Translations under genes and position numbers: made by a program
In this document: piece after piece, positions 28,440-39,097 of the stretch
Layout of the letters: every line of letters begins with the position of its first letter
Numbering within the stretch: position 1 is the first letter of the stretch
The notes under the pieces: model-generated
Databases searched by the model: none
What the model was told of the DNA's origin: nothing
The model's input: only the letters and a program-made list of their open reading frames with translations
Sequence record: KX130862
DNA: 64,000 nucleotides
DNA from: Shigella phage SHFML-26
Strand: one strand, 5' to 3'

Positions 28440-28515
28440 TGGTCGAGGCAGTAGGGATCGAACCTACGACCCAGGACTTAGAAGGTCCTTGCTCTTCCTT
28501 CTGAGCTATGCCCCG
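28440..28515 (-). tRNA. tRNA-Arg (anticodon UCU), CCA encoded
   Basis: Hand-folded cloverleaf: acceptor CGGGGCA/TGCCTCG, anticodon loop CUUCUAA, T-loop GTAGG-TTCGATC-CCTAC, 3' ACCA. Confidence 0.85.
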
Positions 28516-28518
28516 TAA

Positions 28519-29184
28519 TTAAAATTTCATTTTTCGACCTTTAAACCATCCTTCTGGAATTGGGTCAGTTTTCTTAATACGTTTAGAAACTTTTTCATCT
28601 AATGAATGAATCCACATCATACCAAATTGGGAATTCTTTTCACCTTTCTGGTGATTATTTTTAGCGTGAATTTCTTTCATTTTATTAATAGTTTCATCTG
28701 AATGGGACTTACCCAAGAAAGATTTAGTATTTGAAAATTTCTCTCTATACTTAGGATTATCCCAAAGCTGTTTAAACCTTTCTGAACCCATTTTACGATA
28801 TTTTTCTTTAAGGTCTGGGTCGTTCTCAAATCTGGTTTTAAAAGCGGCAGCTCCTTTTAAGGAAGCTTCTTTCTTTTTATCCAAATATTCTTTAGTGTTT
28901 AAATGGTCCCAACCACCTTCACCACCTAATTTCAAATTATAAACATCAGGGCGCTTTAAAAACTCTTCAGTCACAATATTCTTTTCTGACTCAAACATAG
29001 AGGTTTTATCGTCAAAGAACTCTAATATTTCTTTAGAAAAATTTTCTATACCATACTTATCTTGGGCTCTTTTTAATAATTTACCAGAACCCATATATCC
29101 ATCATCTAAATTTTCAGTTGAATGGGCGCCTATATAAATTTTATTATTAATTTTATTTGTTATTTTATAAGTGTAATAGAACAT
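28519..29184 (-). CDS. segB: GIY-YIG homing endonuclease SegB
   Basis: 221 aa; YYTYKITN...YIGAHS...DGYMGSG; inside tRNA cluster as in T4. Confidence 0.85.
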   Translation of the reverse strand: MFYYTYKITNKINNKIYIGAHSTENLDDGYMGSGKLLKRAQDKYGIENFSKEILEFFDDKTSMFESEKNIVTEEFLKRPDVYNLKLGGEGGWDHLNTKEYLDKKKEASLKGAAAFKTRFENDPDLKEKYRKMGSERFKQLWDNPKYREKFSNTKSFLGKSHSDETINKMKEIHAKNNHQKGEKNSQFGMMWIHSLDEKVSKRIKKTDPIPEGWFKGRKMKF

Positions 29185-29225
29185 AAATATCTCCTATTTC
29201 TAAGAGTATTTATGTTCTCAAAATA

Positions 29226-29297
29226 TGGCCCTGGGTGGAATTGAACCACCATCTGGCGATTATGAGTCGCTTGCTTGAACCTTCCAGCTACAGGGCC
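29226..29297 (-). tRNA. tRNA-Ile (anticodon CAU, AUA-reading type)
   Basis: Acceptor GGCCCTG/CAGGGCC, anticodon loop CUCAUAA, T-arm GGTGG-TTCAATT-CCACC. Confidence 0.8.
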
Positions 29298-29303
29298 TTG
29301 ATA

Positions 29304-29376
29304 TGCTGATTGACGGAATCGAACCGCCGACCTTCTCATTACAAGTGAGTTGCTCTACCTACTGAGCTAAATCAGC
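29304..29376 (-). tRNA. tRNA-Thr (anticodon UGU)
   Basis: Acceptor GCTGATT/AATCAGC, D-arm GCTC-AGTAGGTA-GAGC, anticodon loop CUUGUAA. Confidence 0.85.
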
Positions 29377-29383
29377 GAAATTA

Positions 29384-29470
29384 CGGAGGCGATAGGATTT
29401 GAACCTATGAGTCGCCGGAGCGACTGCCGGTTTTCAAGACCGGTGCATTAAACCACTCTGCCACGCCTCC
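29384..29470 (-). tRNA. tRNA-Ser (anticodon UGA), long variable arm
   Basis: Acceptor GGAGGCG/CGCCTCC, anticodon loop CUUGAAA, extended variable arm. Confidence 0.85.
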
Positions 29471-29472
29471 AG

Positions 29473-29546
29473 TCTCCGCGGCAGGATTTGAACCTGCGAC
29501 ATTCTGCTCCCAAAGCAGACGCTCTACCAAACTGAGCTACACGAAG
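29473..29546 (-). tRNA. tRNA-Pro (anticodon UGG)
   Basis: D-arm GCTC-AGTTGGTA-GAGC, anticodon loop UUUGGGA; 2 nt from tRNA-Ser. Confidence 0.85.
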
Positions 29547-29558
29547 TAAATTAAATTT

Positions 29559-29630
<72 letters not shown>

Positions 29631-29636
29631 AAACTT

Positions 29637-29723
29637 TGGTACGAGAAGTGGGACTCGAACCCACAAGGAAATCATTCCGCAGCATTTTAAGTGCTGTGCC
29701 TTTACCAATTTGACCATTCTCGC
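29637..29723 (-). tRNA. tRNA-Leu (anticodon UAA), long variable arm, CCA encoded
   Basis: Acceptor GCGAGAA/TTCTCGT, anticodon loop CUUAAAA, 3' ACCA. Confidence 0.85.
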
Positions 29724-29724
29724 G

Positions 29725-29797
29725 CTGGGAATAAAGGACTCGAACCTTTGCATCCTGGAATCAAAATCCAGTGCCTTACCAACTTGGCTAATTCCCA
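29725..29797 (-). tRNA. tRNA-Gln (anticodon UUG)
   Basis: Acceptor TGGGAAT/ATTCCCA, anticodon loop UUUUGAU; 1 nt from tRNA-Leu. Confidence 0.85.
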
Positions 29798-29883
29798 ATT
29801 ATTAACAAAGGCTCTTAAGCAAGAACCCTTGATGATAGAGGGTATTAATCAGTGCGGTATGAGTTAATAATAACAAATAATTC

Positions 29884-30408
29884 TTAAAGCAAATTAAACA
29901 TTTTAACGGTCGGCAAAACAATTTCTTCTTCTATATAAGAGTATTTAACACTCTCAACTACACGCAAAAAATCATAATCATAATACTCAGAAGCATTACC
30001 TAAAATATTAATAAGTCCTTCAAGCACTTTATTACCATTCACAAAGAATAAGTCAAATACACGTTCTTCATCTTCTTCAGATTTATTACCAAGATCAACT
30101 TCTATGCGAAAGACCTTTTTAATGAATTCTGGATAAAGCTGGTCTGAGAACAGTCCTTCAACTAAGTATTCATAAATAAAAACAGATTGCTCGCTGAACA
30201 AACCATTACCACAATAGCGCTCAATTTTAGTACTAGAATATCTGCTTTTAAATTTCTTTAAAAGATACTGAAATTGTAAGATTTCATGCTCTTCTACGCC
30301 AAACAGTGTTTTAGTTTTATAGTTGTCACCATCATTTTCCCAGGTAGTGACATCAATTACGTAACCCTGCGGAATTGTAGTACCCAAACAAATATTCATT
30401 TTCACCAC
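29884..30408 (-). CDS. hypothetical protein
   Basis: 174-aa ORF. Confidence 0.5.
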   Translation of the reverse strand: MVKMNICLGTTIPQGYVIDVTTWENDGDNYKTKTLFGVEEHEILQFQYLLKKFKSRYSSTKIERYCGNGLFSEQSVFIYEYLVEGLFSDQLYPEFIKKVFRIEVDLGNKSEEDEERVFDLFFVNGNKVLEGLINILGNASEYYDYDFLRVVESVKYSYIEEEIVLPTVKMFNLL

Positions 30409-30692
30409 GCTGCATTAATGTAAGTATATTTAATACATTCAAGACCCAAAGGATTCTTGAAAATATCATATTCAAGAAGACCTTTTTCTGTTTCAATAAA
30501 GAAATCAAAATTTACTGTATTAAATTTACGTTCTTCCTTCACTAATTTAACTTGTGAAGATGAACGGTCAATGTAAACCTTTTCAACTTCAAAACATGTT
30601 AAAATGCCATAATCATCAATCAAGGCTTTAGCTGCTTCTTGATCATATTTATATCCATTTTCAATGGATGATACTTTAGCATAAAGAATCAT
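30402..30692 (-). CDS. hypothetical protein
   Basis: 96-aa ORF. Confidence 0.5.
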   Translation of the reverse strand: MILYAKVSSIENGYKYDQEAAKALIDDYGILTCFEVEKVYIDRSSSQVKLVKEERKFNTVNFDFFIETEKGLLEYDIFKNPLGLECIKYTYINAAW

Positions 30693-30694
30693 TA

Positions 30695-31093
30695 TCAGCC
30701 TTCATCAACAATAGTGTGAGTATTAGCATTTACGATTTGCCACCAATCAAAGCGATTAGAATCCATAGGTTTGTTTTCATTTTCTTTGATAATGTCACGG
30801 AGTTCATCTTCAGAGAATGCTTTAGCAATTAAATCGGTATACCCACCACGGGGATAATAATTATCACCTGCAAACAAAAGGAAATTTACCTTCCCGGAAG
30901 GAACATACGCTTCCTTAGGATACTTGTTTCCTGCGTGGTCAACCACTTCAATATAACGGTAAGGAATATCGGTTCTTTCAACCCATTGCCATGCCGCTGC
31001 AGGGGAATCGAAAGCATCTACACCTAAACGATTATCTTCATCTTTAGACGGATTATTTTCGTAATCCGCATATACATAATATTCAACGTTCAT
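30695..31093 (-). CDS. hypothetical protein
   Basis: 132-aa ORF. Confidence 0.5.
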   Translation of the reverse strand: MNVEYYVYADYENNPSKDEDNRLGVDAFDSPAAAWQWVERTDIPYRYIEVVDHAGNKYPKEAYVPSGKVNFLLFAGDNYYPRGGYTDLIAKAFSEDELRDIIKENENKPMDSNRFDWWQIVNANTHTIVDEG

Positions 31094-31278
31094 TATTCAC
31101 CTTTAGAAATTTTATCCATAACGATAGCAATTAAACCAATTAAAAATGCTACTACAAGTGAAAAAACATTTTCTGCCGTAGTCAATAATCCGCATATAAA
31201 TCCAACAAACATTGAAAAACTGAAAGCGGAAGCAGAAATTGCAATAGCAACATTTCGAATTAATTCACAACGTTTCAT
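31093..31278 (-). CDS. small membrane protein
   Basis: Start at MKRCELIRN; two hydrophobic helices. Confidence 0.45.
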   Translation of the reverse strand: MKRCELIRNVAIAISASAFSFSMFVGFICGLLTTAENVFSLVVAFLIGLIAIVMDKISKGE

Positions 31279-31284
31279 TTTATT

Positions 31285-31345
31285 CTCCTCAGTAGTTGAT
31301 AGGGTAATAGTATCACTACCCCATCTAAAAGTAAACTTATTTTTT
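31285..31345 (-). promoter_or_regulatory. T4 early-type promoter
   Basis: Plus strand AGTAGTTGATAGGGTAATAGTATCAC...AGTAAAC. Confidence 0.45.
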
Positions 31346-31570
31346 ACGAAAAATTGATTTATTTTCTGCTGCCCATTTTTCAATAACTGCAGCAGGACCA
31401 GTAACAACAATTTTATCACCGTAATCTTCTGCGGCGAGTTGACCGAAATTATCTAATGCATCACGAAGAACTCCATGAGGCATTTCACCCATTTTATCTT
31501 TCTTGCCGGTGTAAATAAACTCAACTTTTGCATCAGAAGATTCAGCGATAAATTCTTTGAAAGTTTTCAT
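31337..31570 (-). CDS. capsid internal protein (IPI-like) with capsid-targeting sequence
   Basis: MKTFKEFIAE N-terminus with I-A-E cleavage motif. Confidence 0.65.
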   Translation of the reverse strand: MKTFKEFIAESSDAKVEFIYTGKKDKMGEMPHGVLRDALDNFGQLAAEDYGDKIVVTGPAAVIEKWAAENKSIFRKK

Positions 31571-31584
31571 TTTAGTTTCCATTC

Positions 31585-31648
31585 GATTGTTTTGTTTTGA
31601 TAGGGTAATAGTATCACAACTAAAACCCTATGTAAACAACTTTGTGAA
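31585..31648 (-). promoter_or_regulatory. T4 early-type promoter
   Basis: Plus strand GTTTTGATAGGGTAATAGTATCAC...TGTAAACAACTTTGTGAAATTATTTTAAATC. Confidence 0.45.
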
Positions 31649-31649
31649 A

Positions 31650-31907
31650 TTATTTTAAATCTTCTAATCGTTTCTTCATCTTAGAACCATTTTTAGCAAT
31701 TTCTCCTGCATCGGAGCATAATGCTAAAAGTGCTTTAACTTTCGTTTGGTCTCCTTTAAAAGATGAAGGATCTACTGCAGCAGCAAGTTCTTTAATACGA
31801 GAGAAAAGACGCTCAGCTTCAGCTAAAGCCATTCCAAGCTTTACTTCCATACCGTGGGAAGATTCAGTGATAGTAGTTTTTGTAGCAAACTCTTTGAAAG
31901 TTTTCAT
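31650..31907 (-). CDS. capsid internal protein (IPI-like) with capsid-targeting sequence
   Basis: MKTFKEFATKTTITE N-terminus with I-T-E cleavage motif. Confidence 0.65.
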   Translation of the reverse strand: MKTFKEFATKTTITESSHGMEVKLGMALAEAERLFSRIKELAAAVDPSSFKGDQTKVKALLALCSDAGEIAKNGSKMKKRLEDLK

Positions 31908-31914
31908 TTTATTT

Positions 31915-31978
31915 TCCTAATTAATTTTGATGAGGTAATAGTATCACTACCTCATCAGCATGTAAACAACTTTGTGAA
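31915..31978 (-). promoter_or_regulatory. T4 early-type promoter
   Basis: Near-identical to motif at 31585-31648. Confidence 0.45.
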
Positions 31979-31979
31979 A

Positions 31980-32664
<685 letters not shown>

Positions 32665-32665
<1 letters not shown>

Positions 32666-33390
32666 TATAGTACCTTTAGTGTATTTTTAATTTTAGAAAA
32701 AAGTTCTTCAAGAGAACCATCGTTTGTAATTACTAAATCGCCATCACGAATTGGCAATCCAGCTTCTGTAATATGTGTATCATTGGATTTTTGACCAGGA
32801 CGAACTACATGAATTACTGTAGCACCCATCGCCCTAGCCGCATCCATTTCATGATCTTGACGAGTATCAGGAACGATATAATAATCATAACCTGAGTTAA
32901 ATTTATCAAGATAATCTAAAGCAAATAATTTTACCCAGTACATGCGATCGAAGTTATTAACAATCAAATCCGTACCTAGGGCTTGCATCAGACGACGGAC
33001 TGACCATTGATCTTCAATATTATTTATAACGTCAATAATCTTGTTAAATGATACGGAATTAACTGATTCTTGTCCTTCGTCATCAAAAACAAACACACCT
33101 TTAATTGGGCTTTTACCATTAAGATAGCAAAATGCTTGTTCCATAATCGTGATTACTTCTAATTTAGTCAGATTTAAATTAGTCTCACGATCATAGTCAA
33201 TTCCTTCAAACTCTTTACGAGTTAAGCAAGGATAGTCAGTGTTTGCTGCAAATACGCCCCATGCATAAGCCAATGCATCCTTAATAGGACCAGCAAGTTG
33301 GTATTTAACTGCAGAATAATTGCTCATGATAAAATCAGCAGTAGTATCTTTTCCACTACGCTTTACACCGCTTAAAAAGATTAGTTTCAT
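32665..33390 (-). CDS. 1: deoxynucleoside monophosphate kinase
   Basis: 241 aa from MKLIFLSGVKRSGKDT (P-loop). Confidence 0.85.
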
Positions 33391-33439
33391 GTGTTTCTCC
33401 TCAAATTTAATTAAGATTATAACACACAAAACTGAAGCA

Positions 33440-33970
33440 TTAAACTTCTGCTATAATTTTACCATCTTTTTCTACTTGAAAATAGGTGTAAGGAATCGTG
33501 GCTGTACATACTAAAGCCGGGTCTGAATCTTCTGTGTAGCTAAATTCTACTTCAGATAGGTCAGAAACCCAAGGCTTATAAAAATTTATTGACATCACGA
33601 TTTCAGTTTTGCTATTATCTAAGATGTAAAGCGTAATGTACTCAGGACCTGTTTTTTGGGCAGTATTTTCGCCTGTAAGATAGTTACTAGTTCCTAGCAT
33701 CCATTCATACATTCCTATCCACGACTTAAGCTCTTCGTCAACTATAAATCTCACGATGAGTGGATCGTATTCAAATGTAACTCCTGGACGTTGTGCTCTG
33801 CCTAGTCCAAACGGCCCAGTCACGGTATCAGTAACAGGTATTCTAATTCCCGGAATAGGAACTGACTGAGCATTTAAAGTAAAAGCAGATGTAGTATTAC
33901 TATGTGGTATTGATACTACAAAGTTAGTTGTATTTGCTTGGTTAAAAATTTGTTGCAGTGCTTGCGACAT
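33440..33970 (-). CDS. 3: tail completion / sheath stabilizer (tail tube terminator) gp3
   Basis: 176 aa from MSQALQQIF; T4 order 4-2-3-1. Confidence 0.8.
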   Translation of the reverse strand: MSQALQQIFNQANTTNFVVSIPHSNTTSAFTLNAQSVPIPGIRIPVTDTVTGPFGLGRAQRPGVTFEYDPLIVRFIVDEELKSWIGMYEWMLGTSNYLTGENTAQKTGPEYITLYILDNSKTEIVMSINFYKPWVSDLSEVEFSYTEDSDPALVCTATIPYTYFQVEKDGKIIAEV

Positions 33971-34076
33971 ATATTCCTCATAATGCTTTATAACTGTTGG
34001 TGGTATAATGGGTCTAAGTCCCTTCCATTCAATTCCATTTAGAACAAACAACAGAAAAGAATGGAAGATAATAGAA

Positions 34077-34901
34077 TTAGATATTTGACCAGACTTTGTT
34101 TGCAGAGAAACGTTTTCCTTTTGAAACGAACTGCTGAAGTGGCATTAACACAACGTTCTCCCAGTCTTTCGGGGCGATTTCAACAAGGCTACCCATAATA
34201 TTACCGGGGATATATGCCTTAATCATTTGGTCTGCACCCCTAAATCCTTTCACTTGACTCCAATCAATTTTTAATTTCGTTTTATTAGTAATAGTAGGTG
34301 TATTTGCATATTGCTTTAAAAGCTCTTCTAGAAATTGCTGACGAGCTTTAGGTGGAATATAGTGCAAGTTCAATCCGTACATTAAATTATGTTTACCTAA
34401 ACCAAGGTAAATTATTAAAGGAAATTTATCCCAGTAAGGAAGAGTTTCCTTGTGTTTAGCATCATAAGCAAAAGCATATATTCGTCCCGGCTGCGGGCGA
34501 ACAACTTTATGTCCTTTTACTTGCTTAATAGTTTCGGCAAACCACTTTCTTGTTTTATTATTAATTGCTGCACCTTCATTACGAATTTTATCACGCAATG
34601 TTTGTCTGAATGAATTTATCATAAGCAGTTGTCTTTCTTGCTTATTGAGTTTATTCATTGGTTTTGATTCAAGCTTTTGAATCTTTTCAGCCGTTTTAAT
34701 TCCTGAAGCATATTTTGACATTGCTGAAGTAAACGTAGAGTATTTGATTCCTCTTTCTTCAGCAAATTGCTTTCCTGTCATTCCTTTTGCTTTGGCCTTT
34801 TTATATTCAAGACCTATCTGAATCCATTTCTTTTCGTTTAATGATTGCTTAACCTTTGGAACTTGGGGAGTGCTTTCATTAATTATTTGAAAAATAGCCA
34901 T
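34077..34901 (-). CDS. 2: DNA end protector gp2
   Basis: 274 aa, basic. Confidence 0.85.
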   Translation of the reverse strand: MAIFQIINESTPQVPKVKQSLNEKKWIQIGLEYKKAKAKGMTGKQFAEERGIKYSTFTSAMSKYASGIKTAEKIQKLESKPMNKLNKQERQLLMINSFRQTLRDKIRNEGAAINNKTRKWFAETIKQVKGHKVVRPQPGRIYAFAYDAKHKETLPYWDKFPLIIYLGLGKHNLMYGLNLHYIPPKARQQFLEELLKQYANTPTITNKTKLKIDWSQVKGFRGADQMIKAYIPGNIMGSLVEIAPKDWENVVLMPLQQFVSKGKRFSANKVWSNI

Positions 34902-35353
34902 TATGCCCCCTTAAAGCCAAGAGCTCGTAATCCATCTTCTGTTAAAATTCTAAATTTTATTCCACGCTTTTCAGCTAAAGATTGTGCTGCTTTCCATTTG
35001 TCGGTATTAACAGAATATGTATAAATTTCATTCATAAATCTTTTCTTCGCTGCAGTTGTTAGATGTGCCGGTTTAACTGGTGGTTGTGTTTCTTTTTTAG
35101 GTTTTATTTCAATAAAAAATTCTTGTCCAGAAGAATCTTTCATCCAAATATCCATGAAGTATCTACGTTTTTTCCCTTCTGCATTACAAAAATAAGGAAT
35201 TACTGCTGTTTCACTACCCCATGCAATAATTTCTGGATTTTTATCTAACCATTCAAAAAAGAATTTTTCCCAATTTGATCTATACGTAATTTTTTTAGGG
35301 TCACCTCTATACTTTGATATATTTTTAGGAACCCATTTTCCAGAATATGCCAT
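34901..35353 (-). CDS. 4: head completion protein gp4
   Basis: 150 aa; divergent from gene 53. Confidence 0.85.
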   Translation of the reverse strand: MAYSGKWVPKNISKYRGDPKKITYRSNWEKFFFEWLDKNPEIIAWGSETAVIPYFCNAEGKKRRYFMDIWMKDSSGQEFFIEIKPKKETQPPVKPAHLTTAAKKRFMNEIYTYSVNTDKWKAAQSLAEKRGIKFRILTEDGLRALGFKGA

Positions 35354-35364
35354 TGGATTCTCCT

Positions 35365-35372
35365 TATAAATA
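35365..35372 (+). promoter_or_regulatory. T4 late promoter TATAAATA (gene 53)
   Basis: TATAAATA about 29 nt upstream of gene 53 ATG, GGAGG RBS between. Confidence 0.7.
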
Positions 35373-35379
35373 GATAATA

Positions 35380-35387
35380 TATTTATA
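35380..35387 (-). promoter_or_regulatory. T4 late promoter TATAAATA (gene 4, minus strand)
   Basis: Reverse-complement TATAAATA about 27 nt upstream of gene 4 start. Confidence 0.6.
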
Positions 35388-35400
35388 AACAGGAGGGCCC

Positions 35401-35991
35401 ATGCTCTTTACATTTTTTGATCCGATTGAATATGCGGCCAAAACGGTGAATAAAAACGCGCCGACTATTCCTATGACAGATATTTTTAGAAACTATAAAG
35501 ACTATTTTAAACGTGCTCTTGCGGGATACCGCTTACGTACTTATTATATTAAAGGTTCACCACGCCCGGAAGAATTAGCAAATACTATATATGGAAATCC
35601 ACAGTTGTATTGGGTTTTATTGATGTGTAATGATAATTATGATCCGTATTATGGATGGATTACTTCACAAGAAGCTGCTTATCAAGCATCTATACAAAAA
35701 TATAAAAATGTGGGTGGAGACCAAATAGTATATCATGTGAATGAGAACGGTGAAAAATTTTATAATTTAATATCATACGATGATAATCCATATGTTTGGT
35801 ATGATAAAGGTGATAAAGCTAGAAAATATCCTCAATATGAAGGAGCACTTGCTGCTGTTAATACGTATGAAGATGCTGTTCTTGAAAATGAAAAACTTCG
35901 TCAAATAAAAATAATAGCAAAATCAGACATTAATTCATTTATGAACGACCTTATACGTATAATGGAGAAATCTTATGGAAATGATAAGTAA
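35401..35991 (+). CDS. 53: baseplate wedge subunit gp53
   Basis: 196 aa. Confidence 0.9.
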   Translation: MLFTFFDPIEYAAKTVNKNAPTIPMTDIFRNYKDYFKRALAGYRLRTYYIKGSPRPEELANTIYGNPQLYWVLLMCNDNYDPYYGWITSQEAAYQASIQKYKNVGGDQIVYHVNENGEKFYNLISYDDNPYVWYDKGDKARKYPQYEGALAAVNTYEDAVLENEKLRQIKIIAKSDINSFMNDLIRIMEKSYGNDK

Positions 35992-37702
35992 TAACCTTAA
36001 TTGGTTTGTCGGTGTTGTTGAAGATAGAATGGACCCATTAAAATTAGGTCGTGTTCGTGTTCGTGTGGTTGGTCTGCATCCACCTCAAAGAGCACAAGGT
36101 GATGTAATGGGTATTCCAACTGAAAAATTACCATGGATGTCAGTTATTCAACCTATAACTTCTGCAGCAATGTCAGGAATTGGAGGTTCTGTTACTGGAC
36201 CGGTAGAAGGAACTAGAGTTTATGGTCATTTTTTGGACAAATGGAAAACTAACGGAATTGTCCTTGGCACGTATGGTGGAATAGTTCGCGAAAAACCGAA
36301 TAGACTTGAAGGATTTTCTGACCCAACTGGGCAGTATCCTAGACGTTTAGGAAATGATACTAACGTACTAAACCAAGGCGGAGAAGTAGGATATGATTCG
36401 TCTTCTAACGTTATCCAAGATAGTAATCTAGACACCGCAATAAATCCCGATGATAGACCACTATCAGAGATTCCAACCGATGATAATCCAAATATGTCAA
36501 TGGCTGAAATGCTTCGCCGTGATGAAGGATTAAGACTAAAAGTTTATTGGGATACCGAAGGATATCCGACAATTGGTATTGGTCATCTTATCATGAAGCA
36601 GCCAGTTCGTGATATGGCTCAAATTAATAAAGTTTTATCAAAACAAGTTGGTCGTGAAATTACTGGAAACCCAGGTTCTATTACGATGGAAGAGGCGACG
36701 ACTTTATTTGAGCGTGATTTGGCTGATATGCAACGTGACATTAAATCACATTCTAAAGTAGGACCAGTCTGGCAAGCTGTCAACCGTTCTCGTCAAATGG
36801 CATTAGAAAATATGGCATTTCAGATGGGTGTTGGTGGTGTAGCTAAATTTAACACAATGTTAACTGCTATGTTAGCCGGAGATTGGGAAAAAGCATATAA
36901 AGCTGGTCGTGATTCATTGTGGTATCAACAAACAAAAGGCCGTGCATCCCGTGTTACCATGATTATTCTTACGGGGAATTTGGAATCATATGGTGTTGAA
37001 GTGAAAACCCCAGCTAGGTCTCTATCAGCAATGGCTGCTACTGTAGCTAAATCTTCTGACCCTGCTGACCCTCCTATTCCAAATGACTCGAGAATTTTAT
37101 TCAAAGAACCAGTTTCTTCATATAAAGGTGAATATCCTTATGTGCATACAATGGAAACTGAAAGCGGACATATTCAGGAATTTGATGATACCCCTGGGCA
37201 AGAACGATACAGATTAGTTCATCCAACTGGAACTTATGAAGAAGTATCACCCTCAGGAAGAAGAACAAGAAAAACTGTTGATAATTTGTATGATATAACA
37301 AACGCTGATGGTAATTTTTTGGTAGCCGGTGATAAAAAGACTAACGTCGGTGGATCAGAAATTTATTACAACATGGATAATCGTCTTCACCAAATAGATG
37401 GAAGCAATACAATATTTGTACGTGGCGATGAAACTAAGACGGTTGAAGGTAATGGAACTATCCTAGTCAAAGGTAATGTTACTATCGTAGTTGAAGGTAA
37501 TGCTGACATTACAGTTAAAGGAGATGCTACCACTTTAGTTGAAGGAAATCAGACTAATACAGTAAATGGAAATCTTTCTTGGAAAGTTGCTGGGACAGTT
37601 GATTGGGACGTTGGTGGTGATTGGACAGAAAAAATGGCATCTATGAGTTCTATTTCATCTGGTCAATACACAATTGATGGATCGAGGATTGACATTGGCT
37701 AA
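35975..37702 (+). CDS. 5: baseplate hub subunit and tail lysozyme gp5
   Basis: 575 aa; MEMISNNLNWFVGVVED; lysozyme domain MLRRDEGLRLKVYWDTEGYPTIGIGHL; C-terminal VxGxxxxx beta-helix repeats. Confidence 0.95.
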   Translation: MEMISNNLNWFVGVVEDRMDPLKLGRVRVRVVGLHPPQRAQGDVMGIPTEKLPWMSVIQPITSAAMSGIGGSVTGPVEGTRVYGHFLDKWKTNGIVLGTYGGIVREKPNRLEGFSDPTGQYPRRLGNDTNVLNQGGEVGYDSSSNVIQDSNLDTAINPDDRPLSEIPTDDNPNMSMAEMLRRDEGLRLKVYWDTEGYPTIGIGHLIMKQPVRDMAQINKVLSKQVGREITGNPGSITMEEATTLFERDLADMQRDIKSHSKVGPVWQAVNRSRQMALENMAFQMGVGGVAKFNTMLTAMLAGDWEKAYKAGRDSLWYQQTKGRASRVTMIILTGNLESYGVEVKTPARSLSAMAATVAKSSDPADPPIPNDSRILFKEPVSSYKGEYPYVHTMETESGHIQEFDDTPGQERYRLVHPTGTYEEVSPSGRRTRKTVDNLYDITNADGNFLVAGDKKTNVGGSEIYYNMDNRLHQIDGSNTIFVRGDETKTVEGNGTILVKGNVTIVVEGNADITVKGDATTLVEGNQTNTVNGNLSWKVAGTVDWDVGGDWTEKMASMSSISSGQYTIDGSRIDIG

Positions 37703-38231
37703 TATACTTCCAATGAGCGCTGATTTAGGAGAATCCATGGAAGGTTCTTCTATCGACGTCACCTTTACCGCTCAATTAGAAACAGGTGAAACGTTAGTAT
37801 CTATAAATATAACTAGTTACGAAGAAACTCCTGGGGTTTTAGTAGAAGAAAATCGCTTATATGGAACATATGAATCTGTGTTTGGATTTGGAAATGACGC
37901 GTTGAAATATCGACTAGGCGATGAATTTAAAACTGCTGCTTCATGGGAAGAACTTCCTACTGATTCTGATACTCAGTTGTATTTGTGGAAAGCTCCTCAG
38001 AACCTCCAGAAGACATTCACTTACGAAGTAACATTAATATATGACTACCAAGAACAAAGTGAATCTGGAGGTTCTGGCAGTAATTCTAGGTCATCCTCTG
38101 ATACTACTGAACCGACGGATCCTCCTGCTCCAGTAAGAAAAACTCTAGTTAAAAATTATACTAAAACTATAGTTGGAAATTGGAGTCGTTGGGCTAATAA
38201 ATTGAGAGAATATGCCTATGCAAGACCATAA
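37674..38231 (+). CDS. hypothetical protein gp5.1-like; start uncertain
   Basis: ORF directly downstream of gene 5; several candidate ATGs in first 25 codons. Confidence 0.55.
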   Translation: MMDRGLTLANILPMSADLGESMEGSSIDVTFTAQLETGETLVSINITSYEETPGVLVEENRLYGTYESVFGFGNDALKYRLGDEFKTAASWEELPTDSDTQLYLWKAPQNLQKTFTYEVTLIYDYQEQSESGGSGSNSRSSSDTTEPTDPPAPVRKTLVKNYTKTIVGNWSRWANKLREYAYARP

Positions 38232-38808
38232 ATATTTTTATTTGTATTCAATAACTAATAAAACAACAGGAAAAATTTATGTAGGCGTCCACAAAACTTC
38301 AAATTTGGATGATGGGTATATGGGTTCTGGCGTTGCCATTAAAAATGCCATTAAAAAATATGGCATAGATAATTTTTATAAGCATATTATAAAATTCTTT
38401 GAATCTGAAAAAGCTATGTATGACGCAGAGGCAGAAATAGTCACAGAGGAATTTGTTAAATCTAAGAAAACTTATAATATGAAACTAGGCGGTATCGGTG
38501 GCTTCCCAAAACATAACACAGCGGGTGCTAAAAATGGATTTTACGGTAAATCTCATTCGCGTGAAACTAGATTGAAAATTAGCATTAAATCGTCTAGAAA
38601 AAGAGGGCCTAGAGGGCCTAGAGGTAAAACTCTGAAGATGTGTGGCGCCAATAACCCAAGGTATGGCAAAATAGCCCCTAATGCTAAATCTGTTATTATC
38701 AACGGCGTTTTATATAAAAGTATTAAAATCGCAGCTAAAGCTCTTAATATAAATTATAGTACCTTAAAGGGGCGAGTTAAAGCGGGGTATTATAAATGTC
38801 AGGATTGA
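38212..38808 (+). CDS. GIY-YIG homing endonuclease (SegC-like)
   Basis: YFYLYSITN...YVGVHK...DGYMGSG, paralogous to segB and the nrdD-adjacent endonuclease. Confidence 0.8.
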   Translation: MPMQDHKYFYLYSITNKTTGKIYVGVHKTSNLDDGYMGSGVAIKNAIKKYGIDNFYKHIIKFFESEKAMYDAEAEIVTEEFVKSKKTYNMKLGGIGGFPKHNTAGAKNGFYGKSHSRETRLKISIKSSRKRGPRGPRGKTLKMCGANNPRYGKIAPNAKSVIINGVLYKSIKIAAKALNINYSTLKGRVKAGYYKCQD

Positions 38809-39089
38809 GTTATGATAAGTGTGTTACTGCTGGCCATGAAGCGTGGCCTCCAACAGTTGTGAATGCTACGCAAAGTAAAGTATTCACTGGAGGAATTGCT
38901 GTTCTAGTAGAAGGCGATCCAATTACAGAACATACAGAAATTAAAAAGCCATATGAAACACATGGCGGAGTGACACAACCCAGAACTTCTAAGGTATATG
39001 TCACTGGAAAGAAAGCTGTTCAAATGGCTGATCCAATATCATGTGGTGATACTGTGGCTCAGGCATCATCTAAAGTATTCATTAAATAG
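38796..39089 (+). CDS. 5.4: PAAR-repeat tip protein gp5.4
   Basis: 97 aa. Confidence 0.85.
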   Translation: MSGLSYDKCVTAGHEAWPPTVVNATQSKVFTGGIAVLVEGDPITEHTEIKKPYETHGGVTQPRTSKVYVTGKKAVQMADPISCGDTVAQASSKVFIK

Positions 39090-39097
39090 GATTTAAA

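Noticed and set aside
28292-28504. 70-aa plus-strand ORF
   Set aside because: Overlaps tRNA-Arg and the stable-RNA region on the opposite strand; no coding support.
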